From: a virus
Taxonomy: Duplodnaviria; Caudoviricetes
IMG/VR virus record: IMGVR_UViG_3300036795_000069
Location: 1-51,570 of that record
Length of the DNA stretch: 51,570 nucleotides
Reading direction: 5' to 3' (one strand)
Made by a program: the position numbers and the translations under genes. The notes beneath the pieces are model-generated. The model did no database searches. It saw only the letters and a program-made list of their open reading frames with translations, and was not told the origin of the DNA. Positions 17,088-26,945 of the stretch are shown in pieces. Within the stretch, counting starts at the first letter, position 1; each line of letters starts with the position of its first letter.

Positions 17088-18181
17088 TGTCGACCGAAAT
17101 GATCCACCTCGAGCACGTCAGCGTCGCTCCGAAGACCCAGATCGGCGTTCGCAAGAACGGTCAGCCGATCTACCTGGTCGCCGGCGGCGCTATCTACAAC
17201 CCGACTGGCTCCGGTCAAGTCCACATCGACAAGGTCCTCACCAACATCTCCATCGGTTGGGTGAACGAGGGTCTCGTCGGTCCAGCTCTCTTCCCGGCCG
17301 TGCAGGTGCAGAAGCAGTCCGATCTGTACTACGTGTTCGGTCGCGAAGGTTGGCTGCCGGAGGACGACTACCGTGCACCAGGCACTGAGGCTACTGAGAT
17401 CCCCGGCCTTGCTGTCAGCACGGAGCCGTACTACGCCAAGGAGCACGCGCTCCAGATTGCAGTGACGGACGAAGAGCGTGAGAACGCCGACTCGCCGCTA
17501 TCGCCTGACCGCGATGGTACCGAGATGCTGACCTCCAAGGTCATGTTGTCTCGTGAGCTGGTCATCCACGACTACGCCACCAACGCTGCGAACTACAACG
17601 CGGATCTGACCGTCGACTTGTCGGCGAGCACCTACGCGCAGTCGTGGGACAAGACAGCTGCGGATCCGATCAAGCAGATCCACAAGGCTCAGCGTGATGG
17701 TCACGCCAAGCTGTTCATGTCCTACAACACGGCGATCCTGCCCTACGAGGTCATGTCGATCCTCGAAGACAACGCCGACCTGATCGAGCGGATCAAGTAC
17801 TCGGAGCGTGCAATCCTCACTCCGGAACTGGTCGCTACTCTGCTCGGTCTGTCAAACGTCATCGTCCCCGGTGCCGGTTTCAACTCGAGCGGCAACGCTG
17901 GAGCGACCGAGAACATCGAGTACATCTGGGGCACCGACGTCATCCTCGCCTACGTGCCAGGACGTCCAGGTCTCAAGATTCCGGCTTACGGTTACGAGTT
18001 CGCCTGGATGTTCTCGGGCACCGGAGCTCAGGCCGTCGACCGGTGGCGTGAGGAGCGTCGGGCTTCCGACATTCTTCGTCTACGTCGTCGCTACGACCTC
18101 AAGATGACGGCTCTCGATGAGGATGGCCTGCAAGTTGCAGGTTACCTCTTCAAGAACGCCGTCGACCCAGCAGCCCTGTAA
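17087..18181 (+). CDS. Major capsid protein
   Basis: Position and size (364 aa); HIDKVLTNISIG, LFPAVQV and IWG.DVIL motifs. Confidence 0.9.
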   Translation: MSTEMIHLEHVSVAPKTQIGVRKNGQPIYLVAGGAIYNPTGSGQVHIDKVLTNISIGWVNEGLVGPALFPAVQVQKQSDLYYVFGREGWLPEDDYRAPGTEATEIPGLAVSTEPYYAKEHALQIAVTDEERENADSPLSPDRDGTEMLTSKVMLSRELVIHDYATNAANYNADLTVDLSASTYAQSWDKTAADPIKQIHKAQRDGHAKLFMSYNTAILPYEVMSILEDNADLIERIKYSERAILTPELVATLLGLSNVIVPGAGFNSSGNAGATENIEYIWGTDVILAYVPGRPGLKIPAYGYEFAWMFSGTGAQAVDRWREERRASDILRLRRRYDLKMTALDEDGLQVAGYLFKNAVDPAAL

Positions 18182-18190
18182 GGAGGGATC

Positions 18191-18490
18191 ATGGCAAAGC
18201 TCGTATCTCGGGCTCGGATGTTCCTCGAGGGTGAATGGCGCAAGGCAGGCCACATCTTCGATGGGGACGCTGACTCCGACGAGGTGAAGCAGCAGCTCGA
18301 CCAGGGAACTGTGGTTGTCTACGACAAGGACAAGCACGGCGACATCGTCGACGAGAACAAGAAGGAAGGCGACGCTGACCCGGGCAAGAAGGTGGAAGAC
18401 CCCACCCCCGTGCCCACTACGCCAGCCGCCCAGAACGCTGACAACAAGGTGAAGGCGAACCCGCCGGAGCCGACCGGAGGCAAGCAGTAG
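18191..18490 (+). CDS. Hypothetical virion-associated protein
   Basis: AAGGAGG RBS; follows MCP. Confidence 0.75.
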   Translation: MAKLVSRARMFLEGEWRKAGHIFDGDADSDEVKQQLDQGTVVVYDKDKHGDIVDENKKEGDADPGKKVEDPTPVPTTPAAQNADNKVKANPPEPTGGKQ

Positions 18491-18492
18491 TC

Positions 18493-18939
18493 ATGGCACA
18501 TGTGACTCTAGAGAGTGTCAACGCGTGGTCGGAGAAGACTAAACTCGACCTGACCGAGCTTGACACTGCTCTAGAGTCACAGGTGTCGACTAATGTGCTA
18601 GGTCAGCTAGGCACCGTGTACGATGTGTCAGGGTGGACGAGTGATGCGTCCACCCCCCAGATTGTACAGGATGTCATCTCAATGTTCTACGCAGGCTACT
18701 ACTATCTGCGTACGTACAGCGAAGACGAAGACACCAGCAACTACGGTATGTTTCTTATTCGTCAGGCTCAGACATTGCTGAGTGGTCTGATTGCCGGTAC
18801 GATCGCCATCACAGAACTTCCCACCTCTGATGTAGGTCAACCAGCCTTCTACCCGACCGATGCATCATCGGCTCAGTGTCCCACTCGTGAAGACCCGAGT
18901 CTTGGTGGAGCCAAGTTCTCGATGGGGACGATCTTCTGA
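18493..18939 (+). CDS. Head-tail adaptor (Mu gp36-like)
   Basis: Position and helical pattern. Confidence 0.7.
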   Translation: MAHVTLESVNAWSEKTKLDLTELDTALESQVSTNVLGQLGTVYDVSGWTSDASTPQIVQDVISMFYAGYYYLRTYSEDEDTSNYGMFLIRQAQTLLSGLIAGTIAITELPTSDVGQPAFYPTDASSAQCPTREDPSLGGAKFSMGTIF

Positions 18940-19520
18940 TGGCGGCGGTAAAGGGCCTTCGCGTAGACGAAGGGCTCTTGAACTTCCAGTTCACTCCCTC
19001 TATCGGAATCGTAGCCAAGAACGTAGCCAAGCTCGGTCTGGATATCCGATCGTTCCGCGAGCCTTTGAAGCGTGTCATCCAGCAAGTGATGGCTCCCTCG
19101 TTTAAGGCGAACTTCGATGCTGAAGGTCGTCCTGATCCTTGGGAGCCTCTTTCTGATGCCACCCTAGAGATCATGTCGAACATGAATGTACAGAGTCAAG
19201 GCATTCTAAATCGTACTGGTCGACTCAAGAGGACGATTCAGCAGTTCAACATCTGGACCGTTACAACCACTGCAGCCTCTATCCAGAGCCTACCACAGAG
19301 TATCTGGTACGGTTATTTGCATCAGGGTGGAGCTACCATCGACACGAGTCGTGGTGGAGGGCAGATCGGCCAGGTTGTTCACGGTGTCAAGGTAGTCGGT
19401 GATACTATCGACCTTCCTGCTCGACCGTTCGTCATGATTCAAGATCAGGACTACGACGGTATCGAAAAAGTCTTCAGCAAGTGGTTCGACGAGCGTCTCG
19501 CAGCTGCAGGTCTACTATGA
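18939..19520 (+). CDS. Virion morphogenesis or tail completion protein (Mu gpG-like)
   Basis: F..EGRP.PWEPLS, L.RTGRL, HQ.G and LPARPF motifs. Confidence 0.85.
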   Translation: MAAVKGLRVDEGLLNFQFTPSIGIVAKNVAKLGLDIRSFREPLKRVIQQVMAPSFKANFDAEGRPDPWEPLSDATLEIMSNMNVQSQGILNRTGRLKRTIQQFNIWTVTTTAASIQSLPQSIWYGYLHQGGATIDTSRGGGQIGQVVHGVKVVGDTIDLPARPFVMIQDQDYDGIEKVFSKWFDERLAAAGLL

Positions 19521-19969
19521 CCTTAACCGACAGCATTGAAGCCACGACAGAGTTCACCCAGGCCAAGATTACTGCCGCTAAGGCTGACCTTGGCCTGGCT
19601 GATGTCTGGCGTGGCGACCAACAGAAGCTCCCTCGCTACCCGGCTTGTTGCGTAATCGCAGGGCCGAAGAACCGTGAGCTTAACGGTATGCCTCGTAAGA
19701 CTCTAGTCACGCTCGAGATGTACGTCCAGATCTATCATGGTGCTGTATCTGACGTTCAGCTTAACGACACCATTGCAACAACCCTGACCGAGGCTGTAGA
19801 GACGTTACTCCACGCGGACTCAACTCTCGGTGGTCTTGTCATCGACAGCATGGTGAACAACATCGAGCCAGGGTACGCGAACAAGGCGGGAACGCTCGTC
19901 AGAGCTACTCGTTTGACCTTCCTGGCAACATCACAAGTACTGTTGCCTATGAATCTAGGAGGTACGTAA
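19517..19969 (+). CDS. Tail terminator
   Basis: Position; LHADSTLGGLV motif. Confidence 0.7.
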   Translation: MTLTDSIEATTEFTQAKITAAKADLGLADVWRGDQQKLPRYPACCVIAGPKNRELNGMPRKTLVTLEMYVQIYHGAVSDVQLNDTIATTLTEAVETLLHADSTLGGLVIDSMVNNIEPGYANKAGTLVRATRLTFLATSQVLLPMNLGGT

Positions 19970-20349
19970 TGCCTTTCACAGTCACAGTCGAGCAGGCGAA
20001 CCTCGGTGAGGATGGTCACGTCACCATCACGGGGCTTGGTCGATTCCAGAACGGTGTCCCCACCGAGGTCAGTGACGAGCGTGCTCAGCGTTTCCGTGTC
20101 CAGCATCAGACGATCGAGGATGGTAAGGTTGTCCTCGGTCCAAGCATTCTGGATGCCTTTATTCCAGGTGTGCTGGTGGAAGAGAGCAAGGTAACTGCCA
20201 CCGAAGCTACGTCGGGCGACAAGCAGGCGGCACCTGAAGTCAAGACACCACAGGGAACGACAGACGTCGTGGTCAACACCGAGCCGACTGAGAACCCTCC
20301 GGTGACCGAGCAGGGCGAGAACACTACACCACAGGAGGAGGGTAAGTAA
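19969..20349 (+). CDS. Hypothetical protein
   Basis: GGAGG RBS; TAATG overlaps at both ends. Confidence 0.75.
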   Translation: MPFTVTVEQANLGEDGHVTITGLGRFQNGVPTEVSDERAQRFRVQHQTIEDGKVVLGPSILDAFIPGVLVEESKVTATEATSGDKQAAPEVKTPQGTTDVVVNTEPTENPPVTEQGENTTPQEEGK

Positions 20350-21287
20350 TGGGCGTTGGCATTGGTGCCAGTGGGTTTATCGGCATCGCGCAGGAGACCG
20401 TGTACGGAACGTACGTGGCTCCAACAAAGTTTTTCCCCATCGACACTGAGAGCCTGAAGTACACGCAGGCTACTCAGTACCGCACACCCATTCGACAGAC
20501 CGCTGACGTGATTGGCGTTGTCGAAGGAGATGTGAACACTGCCGGCGACCTCTCCATGGACTTCCTCGTGGATGTGGTTCCGTACTTCTTGATGGCCTCT
20601 CGTACTACGGTTACCAAGACAGGTACTGCAGCCCCGTTCCTGTACCACTTCGAGCCGACCGATGCAGCTGTGCCTCAGAAGTCGTTGTCGATCACACTTG
20701 TTCGTAACGGCAAGGTCTTCGCTTACACTGGTTGCGTCGTCACTACGTGGACGTCTACGATCACCGACGGCGTGCTCAAGTTCAACCCCAGCATCATCGG
20801 TTCCGACGAGCTCACTGAAAGCGTTCCGACGCCAACGTGGCCAGATACTGTTCCGTTCGGTGCGGGTACGTACAACGTCTCGATTCCTACCGACACTCAG
20901 GTCTTCGACGCCGACAAGTTCGACATCAAGATCGACGACAACGGTGCAGCTGTCTTCCGTCTGAAGAACACCGGACGCGGAGCTCAGTTCATCCAGTTCG
21001 GTGAGCGTACGGTGGAGATGGACGTCGATCGTGACTTCATCGACCGTACCGAGTACGAGCTGTACAAGACTCTGACTCAGCGGAGCATCACCTTCCATGC
21101 CGAGCAGGATGCCGACACGTACTTCGAATTCGTCGCTCCTGTGTCCATCATCGACACGTACGACCTGGCCTTGGGTGGTCAGGGTGACCTTGTGAGGGCA
21201 AGTGTCACGTACCGAGGCATCATCGATGACACTGGTGTTGCTTACACCGTGGACATCAGCTGTGCTGAGGCCATCACCGTCACGTAG
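20349..21287 (+). CDS. Major tail tube protein
   Basis: GIAQETVYGT N-terminal motif; position before the chaperones. Confidence 0.9.
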   Translation: MGVGIGASGFIGIAQETVYGTYVAPTKFFPIDTESLKYTQATQYRTPIRQTADVIGVVEGDVNTAGDLSMDFLVDVVPYFLMASRTTVTKTGTAAPFLYHFEPTDAAVPQKSLSITLVRNGKVFAYTGCVVTTWTSTITDGVLKFNPSIIGSDELTESVPTPTWPDTVPFGAGTYNVSIPTDTQVFDADKFDIKIDDNGAAVFRLKNTGRGAQFIQFGERTVEMDVDRDFIDRTEYELYKTLTQRSITFHAEQDADTYFEFVAPVSIIDTYDLALGGQGDLVRASVTYRGIIDDTGVAYTVDISCAEAITVT

Positions 21288-21305
21288 CAGGGGAAAGCAG
21301 GAGTC

Positions 21306-21536
21306 ATGTGGGAAAAGTTCTGGGGCAAGGTTGAGCCAGTCGTGGAGCGGAAGGTCGTTGCACAGTCAACCACTACGGCAGTCGTGGGTGCAGTGATCTG
21401 GGTTCTTCACAAGAACGGTATCAACTTCGATCAGGCCGAGCAGCTTGTTCAGTGGGTTGTCCCAGCTGTTCTCGGAGCGGTTGCTGGTTATCTGGCCAAG
21501 CACACGGTAAAGCCAGTGGACGCACCAGTAAAGTAG
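21306..21536 (+). CDS. Holin-like protein with two TM helices
   Basis: VERKV...two hydrophobic helices...AGYLAKH. Confidence 0.65.
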   Translation: MWEKFWGKVEPVVERKVVAQSTTTAVVGAVIWVLHKNGINFDQAEQLVQWVVPAVLGAVAGYLAKHTVKPVDAPVK

Positions 21537-21572
21537 GTCGCTCTGTGGCGTTTTGAGAGCATGAGCAAGCGA

Positions 21573-21666
21573 GTCTCTACGATGTCTAACCTAGTGAGAT
21601 CGCATAGAGACGCTAATCGTCCTCGAAGCTTCACATTGTGGTAAGCAAGGTCTAATTTCGAATCTC
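21573..21666 (+). repeat. 94-bp phased conserved element, copy 1
   Basis: GTCTC-N6-GTCTAAC-N3-GTGAGAT-N6-GAGAC-N3-AATCGTC-N-TCGA-N18-GCAAGGT-N8-GAATCTC. Confidence 0.85.
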
Positions 21667-21680
21667 TTTGAGGGAGAGAT

Positions 21681-22061
21681 ATGCCCAGGGCTACAGCACA
21701 GATCAGCGACTTGGTCCACAAGGACCTCAACACGTTGCCAGAAGGTTACGTCAAGCTTCGCAGGATGACCTATGGTCAGAAGCTTCAGCGGCAGCAGATG
21801 GCCATGAAGATGATGATGTCAGGCGACTCCAAGACCAAGGAGATGCAGGGCGAGATGGCCTTCGTCAATGCCTACGCTACGGCGTGGTCATTCGGCGTGT
21901 GTGTCGCGGAGCACAACCTGGAAGACGAGAACGGCAAGTCGCTGGACATGAACAACATGAAGGATGTCCAGCGACTTGATCCTCGCGTTGGTGAGGAGAT
22001 CGACACCTACATCAACGAACTGAACAACTACGAGGAGCAGCAGACCGAAGAGGGAAACTAG
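21681..22061 (+). CDS. Tail assembly chaperone (gpG equivalent)
   Basis: Lies between the tail tube and TMP genes; ends in a slippery site. Confidence 0.85.
   Translation: MPRATAQISDLVHKDLNTLPEGYVKLRRMTYGQKLQRQQMAMKMMMSGDSKTKEMQGEMAFVNAYATAWSFGVCVAEHNLEDENGKSLDMNNMKDVQRLDPRVGEEIDTYINELNNYEEQQTEEGN
22052..22058 (+). other. -1 programmed frameshift site G GGA AAC
   Basis: The -1 frame is open into the 22085..22273 ORF. Confidence 0.85.
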
Positions 22062-22273
22062 AAGGCCGGGTTCGTGCAACAATATTGATGAACCGTGATC
22101 CTGATGATGAAGTACGGTTTGCCATCGAGATGACGCAGCTTTGTCAGGCATTAAATTGTTTGCCAGGACCCGGCGGTCTCCTTCAGCAGGACTCGTACTA
22201 CGTTTGGATGATGCAAATCGTCCTTCACGCGGAGGCCGAGAAGGCTCAACGTGAACAGGAGAGGAAGAAGTAG
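22052..22273 (+). CDS. Frameshifted chaperone extension (gpGT equivalent)
   Basis: LPGPGGLLQQD motif; in the -1 frame from the slippery site. Confidence 0.8.
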   Translation, partial: GKLEGRVRATILMNRDPDDEVRFAIEMTQLCQALNCLPGPGGLLQQDSYYVWMMQIVLHAEAEKAQREQERKK

Positions 22274-25200
22274 ATGTCACTAGGGTCTCGCGAGATGCTA
22301 CTGATCATCCGTGCACGGGATGAAGCGTCCAAGGTTCTCGCGGGACTCGGTGCTAACATGGCTGTCGTCGATGCTGAGACGAAGCAAGCAGCCACATCTA
22401 CACGTGCTCACGGCGCTGCACTAACCACAATCGGCGCCGTGAGCACAGTGGTAGGTGTTAAGCTTGCCAAGTTCTATACTGACTCGGCTAATATGGCTGT
22501 CAAGTACAACAACGAGGCCGCTCGTACGTTGACTCAGGTTGATCAAGCTGGTGTGAAGGTTTCCGATCTGGCAGCCATCGCAGAACGTGTCGGCAATAAG
22601 ATTCCTGCACCGTTCGAAGAGATGCAGTCGTCACTATACGACATCTTCTCCTCTATGGACGTGAACACCAAGCAGTCAGAAGCACTCCTAACAACCTTCT
22701 CCAAGGCAGCAGTTGCTGGCCAATTCGATCTACAGGGCGCTGCTCGTGGATCGATCGGTATCATGAACGCCTTCGGCTTGAGTGTCAAGGATGCTGGACA
22801 CGTTGAAGACGTGATGTTCGAGTTGACCAAGAAGGGTGTCGGTACCTACGGCGACTTCACCAGTGCCATTGGTAGGGCTACCCCGTCAGCTGTGAAGGCT
22901 GGTCAGAGCTACGAAGAGCTCGCAGGCATGATGGCATTCTTGACTCGTAACGGTCTAAGCACTGCAAGTGCCTCTGCGTCAGCTGCTCGTGCGTTGGATG
23001 CTATGTCCAACCCAGCGACTGAGGCTCACATGAAGGACTTGGGCCTCACAGTCAAGAACGCTCAGGGCCAGTTCAAGCCAATGACGCAGATCATCCAGGA
23101 GATGTCCGACAAGCTCAAGGGTATGACTAAGCCTGAGCAGGCCGAGGCATTGAAGGACATCTTCAAGGGCTCTGGCGGTACTATTCAGGCGATGCGGTTC
23201 TTCAACGTCGCCATGACTCAGACTGGTCAGTACACCAAGCTCACATCTGACATAGTCAATAACTCTTCAGGTCAGATGGATAAGGCCTACAAGATCATGT
23301 TCAAGCAGCCGCAGACTCAAATGCAGCTCCTGAACAACCAGTGGAAGATCATGCGGACGGAGTTGGGTGAAGCTTTCATTCCGTCGGTGAATAAGCTTAT
23401 CGCAGTCGGTTCAAAGCTTCTTGGCTGGTTCAACAATCTGTCTCCGCACACCAAGAGGCTCATTGCCGAGATTGGTCTGATCACTGCTGCACTCCTGATC
23501 TTCGGTGGCATCATCATGGTCATCGTAGGAACATTCCTAATCTTCAGTGCGGCAGCTGCTACTGCAGGTATTGGTCTTGGAGCAATCGCCCTTACTATTG
23601 GTGTTGTCATTCTCGCAGTTGCTGCTCTGGGTGCTGCAGTATACTTCATCATCAAGTACTGGGGTCCGATCACAGACTTCTTCAAGGCGTTGTGGAAAGA
23701 TGTCAAGGCTATCTTCTGGGATGCTTACAATTGGGTGATGACAACTGGCTTGGCTTGGATCAAGCAGTACATTGGTATGCTCCAGACTCTCTGGGACTGG
23801 CTAGTTACCAACACCGAGGCAGCGTGGACTACTGTTGAAGGTGCATTCACAACTGCATATGACTCTGTCCTTAGCTTCACCTCCGCGTTCTGGGACGATG
23901 TTAAGAAGTACTGGAGCGACGGTGTATCGGCAGTAGAAGGTTTCTTTAGTCCCATCACTCAGTGGTTCCAGTCGCACTGGGATGAGATTAAACAAGTCTT
24001 CTGGGTCGCAGAGCAGGTTATCGCCGATGGTTTAAGGACCATGTGGGCGATCCTAGTAGCCATGTGGACGTTGGAATTCGCAGTCATCAAGGCTGGCGTT
24101 ATAGTCACATGGGACATCATCAAGACTGTATTCTCAATCGCCTGGGCAGCCATCGTCATGGTTACCAAGCAGGCCTGGGATATTATCTCGACGTACTTCA
24201 AGATCTCCTGGGCTATTATCGTTGCGGCCACTACGTTGGCTTGGGACGCTATAGTCCTCATCTTCAAGGTCAGCCTCGCTATCCTTGAAGCGGTCGTGAA
24301 GATCGCCTGGGATGCGATCATCCTGATCTGGAAGATTGCATGGGATACTGCAGTTGCCATTGTCAAGGCCGTCTGGGTTGTCATCTCGGGCGAAGTCAAG
24401 ATAGCTCTTAACCTCCTGGCACTGATCTTCGGTGTCGCTCTTGACCTCATTACAGGTCACTGGAGCAAGGCTTGGGATGACATTAAGAAGTATGGCCTTG
24501 CAATCCTTAACGACTTCATTGCCATCTTCAAGAGCCTGTGGAACATCTTCGTTAACTGGTTTGCCGGATCGCTAGCAGCTATCCTCCAGTTCTTCACGAA
24601 CTCGTTCAAGGCCATCTGGGATGCTGGTAAGACCATCTTCAAGGCCTTCATCACGTGGCTCAAGGATAACTGGACCACTCTGTGGAACACCATGAAGACT
24701 ATCCTCTCCGATGGTTGGAGTGGACTCAGCAGCTTCTTCAAGAACGGCTTCAAGGGCCTTAAGACCATCTGGGATACCTTCTGGGGTGGTCTGTCGAAGA
24801 CGTTCACTGATATGTGGACAGGCATCAAGAGTGTAGCCACTGCTGCATGGTCTGGACTGAAGGGCATCTTCACTGCAGGTGCCAACGATGTTCGGGACGT
24901 GTTGAACTGGTTTATCGACGCCGTCAACAAGATCCCTGGTGTACCGAACATCCCGAAGATTCCGAAGTTCGGTGGTGGCGGAAGTAGTAAGAACACTAAG
25001 CAGCAGCTTGGCGGAACCGTAGTAAAGAAGGGTAACACCGTCGGCGAGAACGCCATGGGTGGCGGAATTGCTGGAGGATCTTGGTCGTGGGTTGGTGAGC
25101 GTGGTCCTGAGCTTATTCACGTCACCAAGGGTCAGTCGGCGATGGTGTACAACGCCCAGAAGTCCTTGCAGATGGCTCAGCGCGTTGGTATGCCAAACAT

Positions 25201-26044
25201 TGGTAACCACGCACTCGGCGGCATCATTGGGTCGATCGGATCTACGGTCAAGAAGGGTGCAGAGAAGGCTGTAGACATTGGCAAGGCAGGTCTTCAGAAG
25301 GCTGAGTCGCTCGCCCTCAAGCCTGCTGACGCTGCTCTAAGTTGGGCACTCCACCACTTCATTCCGAAGGGTGGAATGTTCCTCGACGTTGCCAAGAACC
25401 TCGCAGGCAAGATTCGTCAGAACGCCGTCAACGCTTTGAAGGGTGTTCTAGGTGTAGGTAGTGGCTCGGGCAACGGTGGTGGCTCTGGACATGGTGACAT
25501 GTCTGCACATAGTGCCTCTGCCGCTAAGGCTCAGGCGTACGCCAAGACGTTGCTCGGATCGTTTGGCTGGGGAACCAACCAGATGTCGAGCCTCATCTCC
25601 CTGTGGAACGGGGAGTCCGGTTGGAACAACCTGGCAGCGAACCCGACCTCTACGGCGTTCGGTATCGCGCAGTTCCTGAACGGCACCTGGGCTGGGAAGA
25701 AGTTCCCGAAGACGACGAACTACATGCAACAGATCTTCGACGGCATGCAGTACATCAAGGGTTCATACGGGAACCCCTCGAATGCCTTCAGTCAATGGTC
25801 TGCACGATCGCCTCACTGGTATGACAATGGCGGTCTCTGGTACCCAGGCACGATGGGTATGAACCAGCAGTCGAAGGGTAGTAAGCCGGAGAAGGTTCTC
25901 ACAGACGAGCAGTTCGAGGACATGCACGAGTTGGCTCAGCGTGGCATGTCTGGTGGTCAGACGATCAACGTGTACACTCAGGAAATCAACCCGATCAAGC
26001 ATGCAGCCGATCTCGGATGGGAACTGCAGAGGAGGGTAGGATAA
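22274..26044 (+). CDS. Tape measure protein with a C-terminal lytic transglycosylase domain
   Basis: 1256 aa; Trp-spaced ~11-aa repeats; ESGWN..A.NP.S.A.GIAQFL SLT motif. Confidence 0.95.
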   Translation: MSLGSREMLLIIRARDEASKVLAGLGANMAVVDAETKQAATSTRAHGAALTTIGAVSTVVGVKLAKFYTDSANMAVKYNNEAARTLTQVDQAGVKVSDLAAIAERVGNKIPAPFEEMQSSLYDIFSSMDVNTKQSEALLTTFSKAAVAGQFDLQGAARGSIGIMNAFGLSVKDAGHVEDVMFELTKKGVGTYGDFTSAIGRATPSAVKAGQSYEELAGMMAFLTRNGLSTASASASAARALDAMSNPATEAHMKDLGLTVKNAQGQFKPMTQIIQEMSDKLKGMTKPEQAEALKDIFKGSGGTIQAMRFFNVAMTQTGQYTKLTSDIVNNSSGQMDKAYKIMFKQPQTQMQLLNNQWKIMRTELGEAFIPSVNKLIAVGSKLLGWFNNLSPHTKRLIAEIGLITAALLIFGGIIMVIVGTFLIFSAAAATAGIGLGAIALTIGVVILAVAALGAAVYFIIKYWGPITDFFKALWKDVKAIFWDAYNWVMTTGLAWIKQYIGMLQTLWDWLVTNTEAAWTTVEGAFTTAYDSVLSFTSAFWDDVKKYWSDGVSAVEGFFSPITQWFQSHWDEIKQVFWVAEQVIADGLRTMWAILVAMWTLEFAVIKAGVIVTWDIIKTVFSIAWAAIVMVTKQAWDIISTYFKISWAIIVAATTLAWDAIVLIFKVSLAILEAVVKIAWDAIILIWKIAWDTAVAIVKAVWVVISGEVKIALNLLALIFGVALDLITGHWSKAWDDIKKYGLAILNDFIAIFKSLWNIFVNWFAGSLAAILQFFTNSFKAIWDAGKTIFKAFITWLKDNWTTLWNTMKTILSDGWSGLSSFFKNGFKGLKTIWDTFWGGLSKTFTDMWTGIKSVATAAWSGLKGIFTAGANDVRDVLNWFIDAVNKIPGVPNIPKIPKFGGGGSSKNTKQQLGGTVVKKGNTVGENAMGGGIAGGSWSWVGERGPELIHVTKGQSAMVYNAQKSLQMAQRVGMPNIGNHALGGIIGSIGSTVKKGAEKAVDIGKAGLQKAESLALKPADAALSWALHHFIPKGGMFLDVAKNLAGKIRQNAVNALKGVLGVGSGSGNGGGSGHGDMSAHSASAAKAQAYAKTLLGSFGWGTNQMSSLISLWNGESGWNNLAANPTSTAFGIAQFLNGTWAGKKFPKTTNYMQQIFDGMQYIKGSYGNPSNAFSQWSARSPHWYDNGGLWYPGTMGMNQQSKGSKPEKVLTDEQFEDMHELAQRGMSGGQTINVYTQEINPIKHAADLGWELQRRVG

Positions 26045-26941
26045 ATGACCGCTCCAGCTCTGGACATCTTCGCCTTTCAGTTCCGTGACGACGGCGTGCC
26101 TCTCAACGTTGACGATATCAGTATTCCGTTCGTCGACATCACAAGTGTCACTGGTCTTGACAATGCTCCATTCCGTCAGACCACTCAGGACCGTGAAGGT
26201 ATGGATGGGGGGTATGTCGATGCAGAGTTTGAGACACTTCGAACAATTGTACTCGCTGGCAACGTCTATGGGACTGACAACGTTCTTGAGACGTATCTTA
26301 ATCAGCTTAAGGCGAACTTTGCACCGAGCAGGAATGCCTACCCCTTCTACTTCCGTACAGCTGATGGAGGACAAAAAGTCCTCTACTGCAAGTCCGGAGG
26401 ATGTAAGTACGACTGGACTCAGACCAGAAGAACTAACGTAGTAGCCATCCAGTTCACGCTGATGGCAGAGGACCCAACGATCTACGATCCTGACCTTATC
26501 ACGGCAACAAAGGACCTTGCGCCGACGGTTATTACTGGTCGTGGATACGACAAGTCTTTCAACTACGGCTATGGTGGTGAGTCGACATCAGCTTCTGTCA
26601 TTATCACCAATACAGGCAACAAGCCTTCACCTGGCATCTTGTCGATCGCTGGACCTATCCACTCCGGGTTCTCCATCACAAATGATGCCGATCTGGACAA
26701 TGATGGTAATGCACGGATGATCATTATCAACCAGATCATCAATATCGGCGACGCATCAATCGACATTGACCTGCGTAAGAAGACCATCCTGCAAGGAACT
26801 ACCAACCGTCGTAATGCTATGACGCCTGACTCTCGATGGTGGATGTTTCAACCAGGAGACAACAACATCAGGTTCCTGGGCGCTTCTGGCGGAGGTACAG
26901 GTCCTCTCTTGACCATCACGACACAATCGGCTTGGAGGTAA
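26045..26941 (+). CDS. Distal tail protein (Dit-like)
   Basis: Follows TMP; L.AEDP.IY, N.GN.P and PGDN.I motifs. Confidence 0.8.
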   Translation: MTAPALDIFAFQFRDDGVPLNVDDISIPFVDITSVTGLDNAPFRQTTQDREGMDGGYVDAEFETLRTIVLAGNVYGTDNVLETYLNQLKANFAPSRNAYPFYFRTADGGQKVLYCKSGGCKYDWTQTRRTNVVAIQFTLMAEDPTIYDPDLITATKDLAPTVITGRGYDKSFNYGYGGESTSASVIITNTGNKPSPGILSIAGPIHSGFSITNDADLDNDGNARMIIINQIINIGDASIDIDLRKKTILQGTTNRRNAMTPDSRWWMFQPGDNNIRFLGASGGGTGPLLTITTQSAWR

Positions 26942-26945
26942 GTTA

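Noticed and set aside
20106-21098. Long antisense ORFs (e.g. 20106-21098, 11170-11961, 13935-14591, 38345-39049, 41460-42152)
   Set aside because: They are shadows of well-supported genes on the opposite strand, caused by codon bias, and show no RBS or motifs.
22052-22058. Frameshift site and nested scaffold start (16019) as novelties
   Set aside because: Both are probably real but are well-known siphophage mechanisms; they are listed as features only.
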